This document shows positions 61,801-64,000 of a DNA stretch of 64,000 nucleotides, piece after piece. Below the pieces are notes generated by a model that had not been told where the DNA came from, ran no database searches, and worked only from the letters and a program-made list of their open reading frames with translations. Location: NCBI RefSeq assembly GCF_044704955.1, contig NC_091989.1, positions 85,374,001 through 85,438,000 of the forward strand, written 5' to 3'. How positions within the stretch are numbered: the stretch's first letter is position 1; each line of letters opens with the position of its first letter. The position numbers and the translations under genes were made by a program. This stretch comes from Pristiophorus japonicus (lineage: Eukaryota).

Positions 61801-63354
61801 CCCACATTACTTAAGGAAGTGGCACTTGAAATTTTAGATGCATTGGTGGTCATTTTCCAACATTCCATGGACTCTGGTTCCGTTCATATGGATTGGAGTG
61901 TAGCTAATGTAGCCCCACTCTTTAAAACGATGAAGAGAGAAAACAGCGAATTATAGACCAGTTAGGCTGACATCGATGGAGGGGAAAATGCTGGAATATA
62001 TTATTAAAATGTGATAGCAACGCATTAGGAAAGCAGTGACAGGATCGGTACGTCAGCATGGATTTATGAAAGGGAAATCGTGCTTGATATATCTTCTAAA
62101 GTTTTTTGAGGATGTAACTAATAGAGTGGATAAGGGATCACCAGTTGATGTGGTGTATTTCTACTTTCAAAAACCTTTTGCCAAGGTCCCACACAAGAGA
62201 TGATTGTACAAAATTAAGGCATATAGTATTGGGGGTAATGCATTGACGTGGATAGAGTACTGATTGGCAGACAGGAAGCAAAGAGTGGGAATAAACGGGT
62301 CCTTTTCAGAATGGCAGGCAGTGACTCGTCGGCTGCTGCAAGGTTCGTTGCTAGGACCCCAGCTATTTACAATATACATTCATGATTTAGACAAAGGAAT
62401 TGAATGTAACATCTCCATGTTTGCAGATGACATTAAGCTGGGTGGCAGTGCAAGCTGCGAGAGGATGCTAGTAGGCTGCAGGGGGACTTGGACAGGTTAG
62501 GTGAATGGGAAAATGCATGGCAGATGCAGTATAATGTGGATAAACATGAGGTTATCCATTTTGGGGACAAAAACACGATGACTGAATATTATCTGAATGG
62601 CGGCAGATTAGAAAACACAGAAGTGCAACGAGGCCTGAGTGTCATGGTACATCAATCATTGAAAGTAGGCATTCGGGTACAGCAGGCAGTAAATAAATGA
62701 AATGGCATGCTGGCCTTAGTACCGAGGGGATTTGAGTAAAGGAGCAGTGAGGTCTTGCTACAGTTGTACAGGGCCTTGCTGAGACAAAACCTTGAGTATA
62801 GTGTGCAGTTTTGTTCTCATAATCTGCGGAAGGTCATTCTTGCTATTGAGGGAGTGCAGCGATGGTACACAAGACTGATTCCCGGGCTGGCAGGATGGGC
62901 ATATGAAGAAAGACTGAATCGATGTGACTTGTATTCACTGTAATTTAGATGAATGAGAAAGGATCTCATAGAAACATGTAAAATCTGACGGGATTGGACA
63001 GATTAGATGCAGGAAGAATGTTCCCATTGTTGGGGAAGTCCAGAACCAGGCATCACAGTGTAATGATAAAGGGTAAGCCATTTAGGACCGAAATGAGGAT
63101 AAACTTATTAATTCAGATAATTGGGAACCTGTGCAATTCTCTACCACAAAAGTTGTTGAGGCCAGTTCGTTAGATATACTCAAAAGAGAGTTAGATGTGG
63201 CCCTTATGGCTAAAAGGATCAACAGGTATGGAGAGAAAGCAGGAATGGGATACTGAAGTTGCATAATCAGCCATGATCATGTTGAATGGTGGTGCATGCT
63301 CGAAGGGCCGAATGACCTATTCTTGCACTTACTTTCTATGTTTCTATGTTTCTA
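58890..63354 (+). mobile_element. Full-length degenerate CR1 (about 4.5 kb)
   Basis: 5'UTR with short tandem repeats (ttcgggaggcc...). ORF1 59356-60302 has CxxC..CxxC, a leucine zipper and SGNH-esterase motifs (VIGDS, DGLHL). ORF2 has LNARS, IRETW, MGDF and FADD. Tail (tttctatg)n. Confidence 0.9.
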
Positions 63355-63431
63355 AGCCTCTCAAGTGCCAGGGAACTACCGTTGCAACAAGAGGAGATAT
63401 AACCATCTCCGCATGTCATTCAATGATATGA

Positions 63432-64000
63432 CCTGTGTCTGTGCACATACAGAGGCCGAACTCCAGCATATAGTCGACATATTTACTGAGGTGTACGAAA
63501 GCATTTGCCTAACACTAAATATCCATAAGCCAAAGCTCCTCCACCAACCTACCATCACCGCAGAGCACTGTGCCCCAGTCATCAAGTTGCGTGGCACAGC
63601 CTGGACAACGTCGACCATTTCCCATACCTCAGGAGCCTAATATCAACAAGATCAGACATTGATGCCGAGATTCAACACCACCTCCATTGCACCACTGCAA
63701 CCGGCTGCTGCCTGAGGAAAATAGTGTTCGAAGACCAGGCGCTCAAATCTGCCCCCAAACTCATGGTCTACAGGACTGTAGTAATTCCCACTGTCCTGTA
63801 TGGGTCAGAGATATGGATCATGTACAGTAGACACCTCACGTCAATGGAGAAATATCATGAACGATGTCTCTGCAAGACACTACAAATCCCCTGCAAGGCC
63901 AGATGCACGAATATTAATGTCCTCGACCAGGCCAAGAATCCCAGCATTGCCGCACTGCCCACATGTGATCAACTCCATTGGGCATGCCACATGGTCCGCA
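63432..64000 (+). mobile_element. RTE-clade LINE RT fragment, running off the window
   Basis: CVCAHTEAELQHIVDIFTEVYESICLTLNIHK, then DHFPYL and LYGSEIW-like stretches typical of RTE RT C-termini. Confidence 0.75.

Overview
Vertebrate genomic DNA, most likely from a cartilaginous fish. This is inferred from dense CR1/HER1-type LINEs with (TTCTATGT)n or (TTCTTATG)n tails, an RTE fragment and Tx1 elements. Most of the window is nested retrotransposon. Two things stand out. (1) Two near full-length Tx1-clade non-LTR retrotransposons (4557-11847 and 20203-26912) and a third, 5'-truncated copy (26927-27308) all sit at the same nucleotide position (TCTGTGGAC) and in the same orientation. That position lies inside the RT-coding region of two separately inserted copies of one CR1 family. 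This suggests a sequence-specific retrotransposon that targets another retrotransposon. (2) A + strand immunoglobulin-superfamily gene has a leader exon (14981-15035), a single-exon germline-joined VJ domain (15119-15436), a C1-set domain (16146-16454) and, after a 17 kb LINE-filled intron, a transmembrane exon with an intramembrane Arg (33450-33564/33568). It looks like a non-rearranging, antigen-receptor-like activating receptor of about 266 aa. The window also holds a decayed LTR element with a tRNA-Leu primer-binding site (49259-55491), a full-length degenerate CR1 (about 58890-63354) and many truncated LINEs. All alignments and divergence figures were made by eye. Boundaries of old repeats are approximate.
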